The translations under genes were made by a program, and so were the position numbers. From contig CM082594.2 of the NCBI GenBank assembly GCA_040954595.2, forward strand, positions 5,007,319 to 5,071,318: a DNA stretch of 64,000 bases, given 5' to 3'. Numbering within the stretch: position 1 is the stretch's first letter; each line of letters opens with the position of its first letter. Source of the DNA: Balanoglossus misakiensis. Lineage: Eukaryota; Animalia; Hemichordata. Positions 1-34,200 of this stretch are shown here, in pieces. The notes below the pieces were generated by a model. It saw only the letters and a list, made by a program, of their open reading frames with translations, did not search any database and was not told the origin of the DNA.

Positions 1-3000
1 CATTTCATGCTTGGATAACCATATCTTTTTTTGGGCAAAGCTCATTATTAGTGGAGAAAGGCATACCCCATCTTTTAAACGACACATCAACACAACTGCC
101 ACGAATCTGGTGAAATTATGACTGAACTGAAATTAATTTGACAAGTTCACTGGTGCACAGCGTTGTTTGAAAAGATGGATGGTTTGTTTATTCAACTTAG
201 TTCAAAGCTGTAAACCTTGACATCTTTTTTTGTTTGATGCAGCTTCCATGAAGCTGAGTGGATCATTTATAATGTGACAGTTATGTACCATGTTTTTGAC
301 ACTAGCACATTACTCAAGTTTGGATGATTCTGTTCAGTAGCTGTACATGTAAACATCACACTAAAACATGTGACTGAATGAATCTTCCAGTTCTTTGATT
401 ATAGTCAAAACGTTTCAGAAACAGTGTGTGCAGACCTAGTTTAATTCAGATAATCTTTATCCTTCAGAGCGGTTCTTGAGATCCCAGAAAAACAGACTCA
501 ATGGATTAACATGTAACAAAGCACAAGCTGGATTGCAATTCTGAAAGAGTAAAGGCTAAATTTCACAAACTACCTATCTGGATTTTTTTTCAGAAAAGCC
601 GACAGAAACTCTTGTTTCTTCTGGCATTGTGAGTTAGCAATATCTGATTATTGAGAGCTCAATCAGATCAAATCTCACTGCGTCTCTCCGGGTTTTGAAA
701 AGGTCTGTGAACACTGCTCAGATATTCCACCGAGATCTGTCTACTAACTCCGCAGGCAGAGAAATCAATGAAAGTTGAAAGATGAAAAACTCTCTCTGTG
801 ATAGATATAATGTGAAGCGCACAGTGAAAATAGATTCACGGATTCAACGCGGCTAAAAATACCCCATTGTGTCATAGTTTCCCACCAGGCAAAGAAAGCA
901 ATTTAGACTGTAGAAGTCTGAAAAGGCTCCCGTTTGAAATCGTAGATATCTCTGAAACTGACAAAACAGAAATGGTGCCATGGTTTGAAAGACTTCTTTT
1001 GCTTTAGGGTTGCAAGATCGCAGTCCATTCTGGGAAAAGTCTATTCTTTGGCACTTGAGAATTTTCTCTGACGTCATCAATGCACGCAATCGGGAGGTAC
1101 TCCGAATGGAAATTTCTCCATTTATGTCATCGTTTCCTGTGTGTATAACCCACATATCTTTTAAAAGCTGTACATACAGTGTACGTGCAATTTTGGCCAG
1201 ACAAGTAGATTTCCAGATCACTGAAATTGCCCCAGATGTTGCACGAATAATCTCTTTATTGCTTTTCTTCTCAGACTCACTGATTTAATCTGTATACAGA
1301 AAAAATCTGTATCCTTGGTTACTGTCTACATCATATAGAGACAGAAAATCAGACAATTGACCTCATCTGTTTTTAAACGTGTTATTTGAAAATGATTGTG
1401 TCCACAGGAAATTTAACCTTTCCAACTTTATAATACTTTTATCAAATTAACAGAAATATAACAGTTGAAAATTAATTTTTGCTGAAGAAATGTGACGAAA
1501 TCATCAGTTCTTATTTTCAAACTTTCCAACATAAATTTCCAAGGCAATCAAATGAACAACTCTCACTGGTGGATAATTATTGTACTCACCGCAAGCTGTG
1601 TGTCTGCTTGTTGACAGCGACTGTCGCAAACAACACAGATGAGCGTGAACTAAACAGCAAGTTACCAGAATGCTCATTCCATAACACTTTTGGGACAGTT
1701 TCAAGACACCCCCAGGGGCCCAGTCACATTACTGTGTCTCTGTTTGCTAACTCACTTTTAGACAGTTTCTAATGACCTGGCTGGCTCTAGCAATTATTTG
1801 GAGGGGTGTTCTCATAACACCACAGAGGGCAATCGTATAAATATTGAACTTGAATGCCCAGTTTTCATCTGTACTACAAATTCAGAAAGGAATACTGCAG
1901 ATGTTGGCCTGTTGTCACGACTGATAGATAAGAGCCACAAAGCCAATGATGACAAACAGAAACTGATGGTGTGGCAGACAAGCCATGCGGTGATAAGGAA
2001 ACACATGTAGATATGAAAGACAATCAACACACATGTAAAGATACATCAGAGTGGGAATGTCATACAGCAGGGCTTGAAGAGATCACCCCAAGCCCAGGGC
2101 ATTTGCTTTTTTGAGGACAGTCCGCTTAGAAACTTATAGCTCAAGCAATGCAAATACTGCAACATCCACCAACCCCCACCAGATTCTCATCTTTCACACA
2201 CATGACTTGGCATTCTTCGAAGTCATCATTTCAGCTCAGACCTCTCATCAAAATTACATCCAAATGGATTCTGAACTCGTTTAGAAATAACATGGCAAGC
2301 AGAATGCACTACCATAAGATAGACTCTTCCATAGCCCACGAATACTAGTGACAGAGCACTTGTGTACCCAGCGAGGGGGTTGTGACAAAGTCTGCAATGA
2401 AGGGATATTGGAAGTCGAATTCACAACCTCTTGAATTCAGACCACGGCCGCCAAAGCGAAACAGGTTGGTTGTCGCGGTAATGGCCCTATTTATGGAAAC
2501 ATGTAATTGAACACTCTGGCAATGAAATGAATTTACAGTAACAAATGCAGCATCATGAAAATTTGATTGCAGAACGAGATCTCCCCCCGCTATTGGACGC
2601 CCGCTAAATTGCATGCCTGCACGGCCGCAGCCCTCTCATCTGTTGCCGTGGCGATCAATGGGGAGTCTGGAATAGCGATGCATAATTGATGACTGGCGGA
2701 AAAAACTGGTGACGCTGTCCTGCATTATCATCAGTGGTCGTAAAACAGAATTCACTCAGACTAATTGGATTTTCGCTGGCGAAATGACGACATAAACTGT
2801 TCCACCCCTACTTCCCTCAGTGTACAAGTCCCGCTGTGCCATTCAGAATAGCAGAGCTGGACCAAACCATGGCTGAGAAAGGGTTGAACAGCCCCTGATG
2901 TTCTCTGGGAATAAACTGAAATGTGCTCCTTTGTCAAAACAGAAAAGAACCTTGGTTCACTATAGATGTGTCATAAAGATTAAAATATGTTTGTATAGAA

Positions 3001-4345
3001 GAAGTCGCTAATAGGAAAACCAGACCACTAGTAATTAAAATTATCCTCAAAGGCAGAAGATGTATATGGATATGAGAATTATTCACATTGGCAAAGTAAT
3101 GAGGCTAAATATTAAATACAAAAAATTTGAATAAATTTTGAATCCTTGATGTTGGAAGTTTAGACAAGAAATGTTAATCAAGTTCATTAATTTTTGGACA
3201 AAAAATGGTATGGAATAGACCAAACTTATTCTAATGAAAAATATCTAAATATTATCATGTATGAGTCAGTCTCTTGAGACTAGCCTGAACTGTAATCCAT
3301 TTCAAGCGTTGTGACTATTACACCACTGTAATACAATTTCACTTGATAAGAATTTGATCTGATGGTATCTCTTCTGCAGTGACAGAGCAATTAGATGTCT
3401 GTCTCAAATAGTCTTCTCTGTGCTATGCATCACCACAGATAGATGGAAAAAATCTCCACACTGATTAACAGCCCGTGTCATTTTTCCTGACAATTTTTTT
3501 TGTCCACCAAGAAAATTTAAAAAATTTCCATGAGAGGCACGGCATGCCTATCCCTTCTACTTAAACATCTACATAGACTGATACAGAGGCAGTATGTAAA
3601 TCAATCATGATGGCTTCAATATGGTATTAAACCTAACAGCTGGTTGTTTGCTGTTTCCCTTATTTATTAATAATTTAAGTGTTCATGTACAAACTGTTTG
3701 AGCTTCAATGACTTTACAATACACAACATAACTTGATTATAAACCTCAGTACACGCATAATCTGGGCTTCAATCAACAGATATGGGACGGACCCTGCACC
3801 CTTTTGTACACATGGAAATATCTGCTTTGTGCATAATGTGGTGAAATGATTAAAGAGGAACTGCTGTTAAATAAAACCTTTTAAAAAATCCTGTGTTTGC
3901 CCATATGCTTTGTATCATTATGGTGGCCCACCTAAATTTGAAATGGCATGTTCACCGAGTTGGGGTGTATGGATGTATTCAAATGTTTTGCATGCTGACA
4001 TCGATAACCAATCAAATGGAGTCAGACAGCGCACGCTTACTAAAGGCTCCCTAGGGCAGACCCCGCAGTAATTTCTCAGTCAGCAAATTATGTCTTGCAC
4101 TACTGCACGTGTAGTACCGAGACTGCATGGATGACTTGTACGGGTTTGTATAGCCGAGCCATTCTGATGATCTTACATCACTCACACTTAATTGAAATTA
4201 CAAAATGCAACCCCTGGACCCTTCGGTTATTTTTAACAAATTTCGCAAGTGAGGAGGGAAACTTTACTTCATAGAGGACAGCGTGAAGTGTACTTTAAAG
4301 ACCTTTCGTGTGCACTACACCTCAATCTAATGAAAATTAAAATCA

Positions 4346-23839
<19,494 letters not shown>

Positions 23840-23848
<9 letters not shown>

Positions 23849-23960
23849 TTTGTCCGATCTCCAGGCAAGCTATCCGATTCTGTCGTTCGTTAACGCTTTT
23901 CTCCAATGGCGAAAATGGTGGCGCCATATTTCTACCGCTGGCTGTGCTGTGCCAATGTGT
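23840..23960 (-). promoter_or_regulatory. GPATCH8 promoter / 5' UTR with YY1-like motifs
   Basis: Locally CpG-richer segment just upstream of the ATG. YY1-type motifs: AAAATGGCTG overlapping the start codon, and CAATGGCG, AAAATGGTGG, CGCCATATT at 23905-23930. Confidence 0.55.
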
Positions 23961-25477
23961 TCAATCACAGAACTGTGGTTCAATACTGTCAAACGTTGAT
24001 TTGAAATACAACAGGCAATCAAGTTGACATATGTTAACACATGAATGTTATGTAGGCAACATTGTTTTGTTCCATGTAAACCCAACCACACCACAGATAC
24101 AAATAGTTGTTGGCTAAAAGATCATCTCTATGAATACGGTACTTCAAAATTGTGCCGAACTTCTTTGAGTACTACCAAGCATACTCTAGCATCTACAGCC
24201 ATACAAAACACGGCTAGATGCTAGACTATATCAAGCATAACTCAAGCATACTATCCAAACTCTCTAGTAGGTGGTGATGTGTCAAATTGGCAGTCAGTGT
24301 GAGGTCAAATTAGACTATATGTGCCTTGACGATCATGGTAACCATGCAGATCTATCCCATGTTTTTCAAACCACGACACGGTCACTCCACACGAATGATG
24401 GCACTGCATAGACATAGCTCTCTACTGCAGTTCAAAAAATCAGAACTGAGACAAGCAAGCCTTATTTTAATAAATTGAGTTTTATTGTTTGCCTTGATTT
24501 GAAATCACAGGTATCTCTGATTTCTCAAAAATCTTCCTTGCAGTGAATGGTACAAAAAACACCAATTTACATGAACTATAATGTTGACTACATATGGAAA
24601 CTCTTAAGTACATGCCTGTATCGAAAAAGTAAAATTTCAAACCCCTGGAAAAGTTTGCTGCCAAATAATAGTCTAACATTTCTGATTTAGCCATCTGATC
24701 TGCATTATTTCCGCACACTGCAGGGATATTCACTCCCGTTTTTTTCTCTCGGGAAGGCACTTTTCCGAGAGCACACGGAGATTCAACAGGGAACACACTC
24801 CACCAAAAAATTCATCGCAAAGGAATAGATTAATAACTTAATGGCAATACCGACTATTGCATCCATTTATAGTGAGAACGACTTTAAACGTCAAAGTAAA
24901 CCTTCCCTCCCTCTGATCCTAGTGTTAAGATCCCACCTAACCACTGAATTCCATGGACTACGCTAAAATAAAACACCCTAAGGGATGGGCAGCTCACAGG
25001 CTGAAATGGATATACTGAACAAAATGTCAAATGTTACTGAAAACAAAGAAAAGTGATTTCCTTTTTATGGAATTTACTTTCATCCGACATCCACATTTTC
25101 CTGTAATATTTGAAATTCAGTACAGAATATTAAGTTAAAAATTAAAGCAATGTTTTACATCAGATTTTTTTTCACAAATAGAATCATCAACTAAAGAATC
25201 ATATTTGCATGACATACACAGGTATGTAATAAACTTTGCCATGTAAAGTTTTTGTGTTCAGTCAATAAAGGAGTCTTTCCTGTGTGATTGATTCATTACT
25301 CTGTTTTTTCCCGGTCAGCCAAACAGGAGCTTCCACAATACCCCATGGAAAAATTTTTTAATTAGTTCACATAGGGGTTCTTCAGTCATGCATATATTAA
25401 TTCAACAATTTCTACCGACGACTTTGTACCATTCTGCAAAAGAGTGCATATTTAACTGAGGAAAATCGGTACATTTA

Positions 25478-25790
25478 AGTGCACTTAAGGGGTCTTTTAT
25501 TATGCCTACTAATTAAGTGTGTGCTCCCTTACGAATGACAGCAAACTTCATCTTGAAAAAACTACTTAAGTTGTGAAACATTATCCATATGTGCACAATG
25601 CAAGGTTTTTACTATGCATACACTGGGTAACTTAACTCTACCAAAGACACTGGACCAGCCTAAATTGTTGCAAATCAGTGCACTTAAGGAGCCTTTACAA
25701 TGTTTAATAATTAATAATGCACTCTCTACCAATAACAGTGGACCATCTCATTGAAAGCATGCTTAGGTTATGGCTAACTATTTCATCTTA
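25478..25790. repeat. diverged tandem duplication, ~199-bp period
   Basis: AGTGCACTTAAGG.G.CTTT at 25478 and 25677, followed by alignable TAATTAA...ACAG...TTGAAA...CTTA.GTT. Confidence 0.6.
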
Positions 25791-26334
25791 CAATTAAAGG
25801 GTGTGTAATCTCAGTTCAATGATATGGTTTGGTTTGCTGAGAAAACTGCACAAAGTTTTCGACTACTGGAGACAACTTCTAGCTGTCTTCTTTAAAAACT
25901 ATGATTTGACGACATTCTAGACACACTTGTACCCAGGATGCTTTATAAAATGTATTCAAATCCGAAATGTACAAATTAATCTTCATCGTTTGTTGGTGTA
26001 AATGTTAATCACAATGATGGTTTTGTAAAGAAAATCTTCCACAGCAAAAACGAAAAACGGTACAGAACAAAGTAAATATGACAATCTGGACATTACAAAA
26101 ATCTGCATATGTAATCATGCCTTATAATTTTTTCCTCAACATTTCATGGCAATACAGAAAATTTTCCCAAAAGTTACAAAGCGACCTATATGTTGTTCTT
26201 CTATCACCTAAAAAAAAATTGATAACTTTGTGACACAAATTAGCCATTCGTTTCTCCAGAACTCAACTAAAAAAAGACTGATTGGTTCACTCATTCAACA
26301 TGCCCAGTGTTTGATTCTTGCATATAGATTTTAA

Positions 26335-26421
26335 TTACCCTTTCACTGCCATGGTTTGGTCCAAATCCATTGCTGTCTACAGTAAAGTTGGACCAAAGTG
26401 AAACAGGGGCGAAAGGGTTAA
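26335..26421 (+). mobile_element. ~90-bp TTAA MITE family copy
   Basis: CCCTTTCACTGCCATGGTTTGGTCCAAATCCATTG...GAAAGGGTTAA. Confidence 0.75.
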
Positions 26422-28100
26422 CTAACCAGATCTCGAGTAAGTCAAATACTTTAAAATTCAAAATAATCACATCCATCTCTGAATACAAAACTTGTGTTAA
26501 TAACTTTCACTGTTTTATAATAAACTTTGGTTCTTCTCTCCAAGTGTGTCTGAGCCAGTAATATTTTTCATTAAAATGTGAGTTTCTGTCACTTTTGAAT
26601 GAGCTACCAAGCCTATGGCTAAAAGTAAATCTACTTTATTAACATGGTACATCATTAGATAAATACAACACAAACATTTTCAGGGGCAAGATCATGAAGT
26701 GATTTCATTAACCTGGGTATTGCAAAGGAATATTTACAGCCGGAATTTGTTGTCTAGATCAGAATTCACAGAAATGGGATGTGCGTGTGTGCGACTATGA
26801 TGATTCTGTTTTTCAAAATCCTAAAGATGAACTAGCCTAATGAGAGAGAAAGAAACTATATAAGTAATCTGCAAAATGACATTAAAGGGACAGTAGTTGT
26901 AACTTACGATGTGCACGTTTCACATGCAACATTGCCAATGATAACTGCACACAGCATAAAGTTGGATGCACAAATTCCAAATTCAGTTAACAGGCCCAGT
27001 ACACAGGATTCTTCCATCTGCTTTATGGAGAAGAATAAGATCCCGGCCACACGGCTTGATGATTAAAAACTGTCCCTTTAATATATACATGTACATTACT
27101 TTTCTATTAAAGTCAACCACATACAAGGGCACATCATCTAAATTTACAACTACATTTGGCTTATTGGTGGCATTCATAGAAACAAAAAAATACAAAGCAT
27201 AATTGGACACAATTCTTTGACAGTCATCTCCAAAACTCACAAAAGACAAAACAAAAATTATTCTGATAGCACCAATTGATATATTCATTGAGTCTTCTCC
27301 ACATTTTTTTTTGTCATTTCTCTTTTATCTTTTAAATATTTTTGCATCAAAATATGTTTGGCTGTAGACAGGACACTCCATGTCCAATAGGTGTGGTTAT
27401 CTACTTCTAAATTTGCATGAAATTTGCATATTTGAATTGAAGATACACCTCATAAAATCACATCTCCAGTGTCAGAATAAGAAACTACTCTTTTGACAAA
27501 ACTGAGTATGATATATGTTTTTACAAAAAAGACAATCGCTAAATATGTGATTTATTACCAAAGATAGTGTTCCTCCAATGTTACCATGGTAATTCATCGT
27601 TATTAACTTTTCCTCTGGAAATACTCAAAACATCCCCTGACCTATTGCAAACAGTGATTTGATTTTATTGCTAGTATGAGACTACCCCTCAATAAACTAT
27701 ACCCTGCGTCTGTTTTAGGTGTATAAAGGTTTCTATGACAACACATTTGTACCTAATCAGTGAACGCACACTAAGTGTATCTGATAAATTACATTGTGAC
27801 GATTTACACATTCTATGACTGCCAACTAGATAACTATATATTTATATATTATATATATGTGAGTGTATTTGTTTTCTCTTTCAAACGTGACAGTGGTATA
27901 TTTTATCGGTATATTCTGTGTGTATATATGTGTGTATCTATCCAAATAGTGATAGCTTTTAACACTTCATTGTGACATGATCTACCTCCAGGCCTGGATC
28001 CCTCACACTTTAAACTACAACACTGCAGCATTTTAACTAAAAAGACAACTGTTGAAAACCAATCAATATTGCCCTCCTGTGTCACCCCAGTGGAATCACC

Positions 28101-28221
28101 TCATACCACCACGTCAAAGCGCGAGCCTTTTCGTTTGCAAATCGGTTCTTGCCTTGTGCTGTTTTTGTCTATTATTTGGTAGGTAAGTTGTATTTGGCTG
28201 CCGTTGAAATGTAACGGAAAC
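28101..28221 (-). CDS. MYO1B: myosin I last coding exon
   Basis: [12 protein letters not shown]...[14 protein letters not shown]; TGA at 28103-28101. Confidence 0.88.
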
Positions 28222-31200
28222 CTGCGAAAAAACAGAAACAAAGCATAAATGTTAATTAAACAACAACAAAAATTACTCTGTGGTGTGCTTGTAAAGATGT
28301 AGAAATGTGAAGCAATGTGTAAACCAGGTGTAAAATGTGTAAGTAAACAAATCTAACTATTGACACATTAATTGGTTATTTTGGGTTACATTGATAAATG
28401 TTATGTCGTCCAGTTGAGTAAACAGCATGATCATTCTTGGGTACTGCTTCCTTTTGCTGTTCCCTTCGATTTTCAACACAGAAAAAATATCCTGCTGACT
28501 GTATTTGACCCCAGGCTATGAGCAAAACAATTTGAGTGTTGAGACACTTCCAACAAACATACAGACATGCAGATCGATAGTTCAGAATCGAACCACCATC
28601 AACTTACTTGTTGCTGATTTCCACCAGTATTGATTTATTCGTGGCTTGCTGCACGCATCGATGGAGCTTGGTGACCGCCTCCACCACCTTGCTGGACACA
28701 AAGAGGAAATCTCCCTTTTTATTGCTTGGGTTTCCCTGCAAGACGAAATTCAATCACAGCGTTGACAGAAATGTACTGATCTTTCATTTCATTTATATCA
28801 GTCTCAAACGTCTGTAAGGATGGATTATTATAGGTGGTACAAAGGTGACACCGTTTACAAAATGACTGCCATGGTAACACATCATTACTCAAGCAAGACA
28901 TGCTCCTTCTGAGTTCCAATGGAGCTTGTCATCATATCAAAACGGCGCCCTCTGGTGGTGGGAGTGATCATCACTAGGTGAGACAACACAGTAACCACAT
29001 ACCTTATTGAGATGGATAGCAAAGAGTCCATCGTTGTAAGGACTGACTGATACGCTGACAACTTCCGTGAGGGGAATGCGATATTTCCGTTCCAGCGACT
29101 TGGCATCCATCAGCTGCACTGACGCCGTACTGAGTATGAAAAGCTGGTTTACTGCCTGTGAAAATTAAACAAATTACTATTATCAGGGTACAACTGCTGG
29201 CTGTTGCCAAGAATTCATAAACAAGATCTTTATAGGTGAAGACCAATAAGGAACACCAAAATGCACAGTAGTTGTTTCTGATGAAGACCTAGTTTAGCCA
29301 GAATGAAATGATGACAGAATCGTGAGAGTACTCAGAACAGGATACACCCGGAATTGCACGGATATGAAAACTGTGAACACTGACGAACCTTTCCATTTGA
29401 TCTGTTAAGTTTTGCCAGAATGTCACAGAACTGGATGTGTTGATCGTTGCTGTCCTGAGATGCCCGCTTGTATTTGATGTTGTTCTTAATCCTGACGTAG
29501 TCTCCTTCGAAGGGTACTCCAACACTGTTAGGGGAACAAAGATGAAAAGTTAGTGGGCAAATAAAGACCATTCTCATTTTTCCCTTGTTGTAAAGACATT
29601 GAGAGACCATGCTATGTGTACTTCTGTCCATTTTCAAATATTTGTAAAATTGTTTAGATTCATTTTGAAAAGTGAAAAAGAAATGCCAACAGAAGTATTA
29701 TCATCATTTATTGAAATACGTACGATGGTGGGTAGATTTCTTTCTTGTCTTTGAACAGATTGCTGGCACTGACTTTCTCTCCAATCCTATGCCTTGTGTT
29801 TTCATCAAACTTCTGTCGATACTTCATTGCCTAGAAAGAACAAAGATTAGATTGGCTCAGAATTAACTAACGTCTGTCAATCATTGTTAACTAGGTGTAT
29901 AGTAAATTCAGAGGATATAACTCTTTGCAAAGGTGGTCAAAACTACAATCACCGTACTTGCTGAGATCAAATATTGCAGGGACTTACCCTCCATCGGATG
30001 AAGATCTGTCTGAGTTCTTCATTGGTCTGTTTGCGCGTCTGGGTACATTCTGGCCAGGCGTTGTCCAGTGGTGACATCGATGGCAGTTTTTCTCGGACTT
30101 TCATCAGATATCTGACTTGCTGTGAAAGCGATTTGGGAGATCAGGAGTTAATGATGTTTTGTGATTGTTGTCATCTGTTTTCTGAATGCATGGCTTTGTT
30201 TGACGAAGTCATGTTTTAAATTATAAGATTGAGAAAAGAGTGGCTGTCAGTGAAAGCTACTCACCAATCTCCTCTTCAAAAACGCAGCAACTTTGGGTCC
30301 AGCGTTCGATCGGAACTTCTTCCTGTATTCCTTGCGGACCTATACATTAAAGGAACACACAACCATCTCTAATTTACATATGCCCTCTCCAGAAATCAAA
30401 TGGGTCTCTCCCCTCACAAGCTCAGTGGCCGGTGTGATTACCATCTGTTCATTGCTTTTATGGTGATGCCAATCAATACACACAGAACAAACCTGCCACT
30501 AATTATACTCATTCATCTGTGACTTTTTTTATCTCCTTTTGAAGAACCCCCGACATCAAAATCAATAGCACCACAGACGAAATCACAGTCCAACCATTTT
30601 TTAGGTGTGCCATACTGTTTCACAACAAAATACAATTACATGGTCACAGCTTATCATTGTAAATTCCGAACCTCGTTTTTTTTCTAAAATATGAACTTAT
30701 GGATTGACTTTCAATCAGACTTCTTTAGTAAACAAAATGAGACTGCCTTTACCTTCCAACCCATGAAGAACTTCTTGACGACAATCACCGCCCAGAGTAA
30801 TTTCTTCTCGTATTTGAGCCGCCTCAATTCCTTTCGGGCCACTGCGCCTCGCCAGTACGAGGCGATGAGAACAGCCGCTCTTCTCTGCGCCAGATAGTTC
30901 TTTCTTGCCTGTTGACAGTTGCAGGGAGTCGAACATTAGCAAAGTACAATGTACTCATCTCAGAAAATTTTAACTGTATCTAACAATCTACATGAAATAT
31001 TGGATTCTCATGACAAACACAGCATAATCACAGAAACAACGTTAATGTTGTCATAATGTAAGTTCATCCTGTTGAACAATATCACATGACATTTGTATCC
31101 TGAAAAATCTGAGACTAACTGAACTGAAGTTGGTCCTATTTTGTCAATGTGCCAATCTCACTATAACACTGGGGGAAAAATTGACAAATCAGATTCAAAC

Positions 31201-34200
31201 AATTTGGTTTTATGAATTGCAGCAAACTATTCTAACACTTTGCTTTGTTTTTACATCGTTCAGATTCAATTGTGTATCTATTCAACAGCAGCAAAATTTT
31301 GTTGTTCTACAGAAAATAATACAGATCAGCACTTTGCATTTTTTCAGTGACAGTCAAACAGACAGACAAACTCTAGCTGCATGCATGCACCACATCCCTA
31401 CACCACCCCCAAAAACCCTCCCCCCCCCCCAAACGCACCTGGAATCCACGAACTCTCTTCTGCACAACGATGGTCGCGTCCCTCAGTCGCTTATACTGTT
31501 TCCACTGTCTCCAACCCCGGTACATCTTCTGGATTATCGTGGCTATATCCTCCATCTTCTGCCGTCTCCACTCTTCCAAATCAAACAGCTAAAAAAAGAA
31601 AAATCCCGGCGAACAGAGAAACATACCCAAAATTAATCACACACATAAAAAAAATCAATACCCTACTGTCTTTTACCTTCGTTTTTGCATAATTGCGGCA
31701 CTAACCAATCTGTTAACTCAGATGGGTAAAATTGATTATCCCCACTGCACGTAAATCAATCAGAAGTTCACATTTATATTTAAAACTTGCGCAATCAATT
31801 TTTTTTAGCATAATTGACTTTGGAGCCGCAGAAGTACATTAGGGGAGCCATTGATTGCAATTCCTAGTGGAATGCTGATCATCTTCACGGGTATGATTAT
31901 CAATTTTAACTCCTCATGGTAACTCAATTGATACCATTTATTGTTGGTAGCACACTGTTACAGACCCTGGCTTCATTTTCAGACACTGGAGAGAATTTAC
32001 AGCTGACACGAAAACTGTGTCAGCTACAAGAGGGTAATGTAGAATTCTGATTTTATGAAACCACTTATTATAGCAATGACACTTTCTGGGCAACCCTGTT
32101 ATTTCTGAAGTCAGATGAAAACTTGAATATGAATTGTGAAATCTGGAAGACACTACATGTATATGTATTTCCCCGTCCCTCACACTTCCTTTAGCCCTGT
32201 CACCCCTAGTTCTCTCTTTAGCAGTCCAAACTTACCATAGAAAACAATGCATTTGGGCTGAACCATGGCGGTGAAAGGGTAAATAGCAAAATTCACTCAC
32301 CGTCCTAGGATTCCTGATGAAGATCTTGGTCCTTCCGAAGGCGTACTCCTCGGTGGGGATCTGGTTATACAGGAGCAGCTGGGTGACACCCTTTTTGGCC
32401 GGTCCGTGCCAATTTGGCCACGTCTTGGGACACAGCATCTTGTACCTCTGCAGACACAGCTCGTACAGTTGTCTGAAGGCGTAGCCAGCTCGTCGCACTC
32501 GTACATTCTCAAGCAAACTGTATGGGGCGGGGGGAGAAATGAGACACATTGAGAGACGGTACTCCTGAACTTCCTTCCGTATGAAGCAGATCCAAGAAGT
32601 CACCAGGGTATTAAATAAAACAGCTGAATTCAAAAATTTCTCGTCTTTACTCACCCCAAGTACCGAACTTGATGCCTCACGATCTTTTCTTCAAAATCGT
32701 CAGGTTTCTTGAAGTCGTTTGGCTGGAGAAAAAATAAAAATTACAATGAAGGGTAAAATGTTGAATTTTTGTATGCATACATGTATGGAGATGCAAACAA
32801 ATGCGTACAGTACAGTACAGTACAGTACAGTACAGTACAGTACAGTACAGTACAGTACAGTACAGTACAGTACAGTACAGTACAGTACAGTACAGTACAG
32901 TACAGTACAGTACAGTACAGTACAGTACAGTACAGTACAGTACAGTACAGTACAGTACAGTACAGTACAGTACAGTACAGTACAGTACAGTACAGTACAG
33001 TACAGTACAGTACAGTACAGAAAAGCCAGCCAGCCAGCCACCCAGATGGACACAAACAGTCAGTCAATCACCTGGACAGATGGATGGTCTGACAGACAAA
33101 AAGACACACAGACAGACACACACAGCCACTCATCCACCCAGATGGACAGTAGAGACAGACAGACAGACGGACAGTCAGTCACAACCAGCCAGCCACACAG
33201 TCGAACAGACAGACATCGCCAGCCACCCAGACCGACAGAAAGACACATAACTTACCTTGATAGTTCTGATGTAGTTGGGGTTTTTGGCAATGAGATTAGT
33301 CATCAAAGAGGCAATGGAGTTCTGAAAACAAAGTAAATGCAGAGTATGAACTGAGAGAAGATTTTTGCTGTTGCAAATCTCCACAAATGCATATACAGCT
33401 ACAGAGCTACAGACATCAGTGTTCCCTATATAAATAAAAACTATTTTTGAAAACAGGTTTTTACAAATTTTCAAGTTGGAAAATATGTTTTGACGTACCG
33501 CATCCAACAAACTTTTTTTTCCAATGGGATGTTTTTGTAAAAGAAAATTATCTCTAAGAACTAATTTTCTTACCTTGAACTGGCTACCAGCCGTTGGGGG
33601 CCTTTTCTTGTTGTGTAGTTTGGGGTTTCCCTCAGGGAACAACTTCTTGAGCAATACGTGGTCACATTTGTACATGGCTTGTGACAAATCCCGAAAGAGC
33701 AGGTCATTGTTCTTGTCAATGAAACCATCCACACAGTACGTCACCTAGAATTGTGAGACAACGTCCATATTATATTCAGAAAGAGTTTGGATGAAGGATA
33801 GAGGTGGCTGCAAAGCCTGATGAAATATTTTGAGATCTGATTGGCTGTTATAGTAGTGTCAGCAAGGTGCACCGGGCCATCAACCAATCACCGTGGTGCA
33901 TCTTCTGACTGACAGTATGATAACATGCAAATTCCTGCTTGATAATGTATAAAATCTTCTTATTTCACCCTACAAATCAATCTGCGGAACAATTAGAATA
34001 CACTTCCATTTTTATTTGCTTTCTGTATTTCAACCACTGACCATACATTTCCATGCAAAATGCATTGAAACTTTTTGAGTGTAAATTGTTGAAGTTAGAA
34101 AATCAATATTTTCAATTACTGGTGATTAACACAAACAGGTAATCTTGTTATAGAATTAACCAACAGTGAGTGACTATCTTGGATAGCTTTATGCTCAGAT

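Noticed and set aside
853-1288. 122-aa and 92-aa overlapping ORFs
   Set aside because: No recognisable domain or exon boundaries; they do not match the expected GPATCH8 exon 5 (LDYAEDAT-like), which must lie left of the window.
33256-33276. YIRTIK instead of the usual YIRCIK
   Set aside because: Thr at this position is known in other class I myosins (e.g. fungal); not evidence of pseudogenisation.
32700-33336. ORFs with (YSTVQ)n / (LYCTV)n repeats
   Set aside because: Translations of the TACAG microsatellite inside a myosin intron; not genes, and not a CRISPR array (no spacers).
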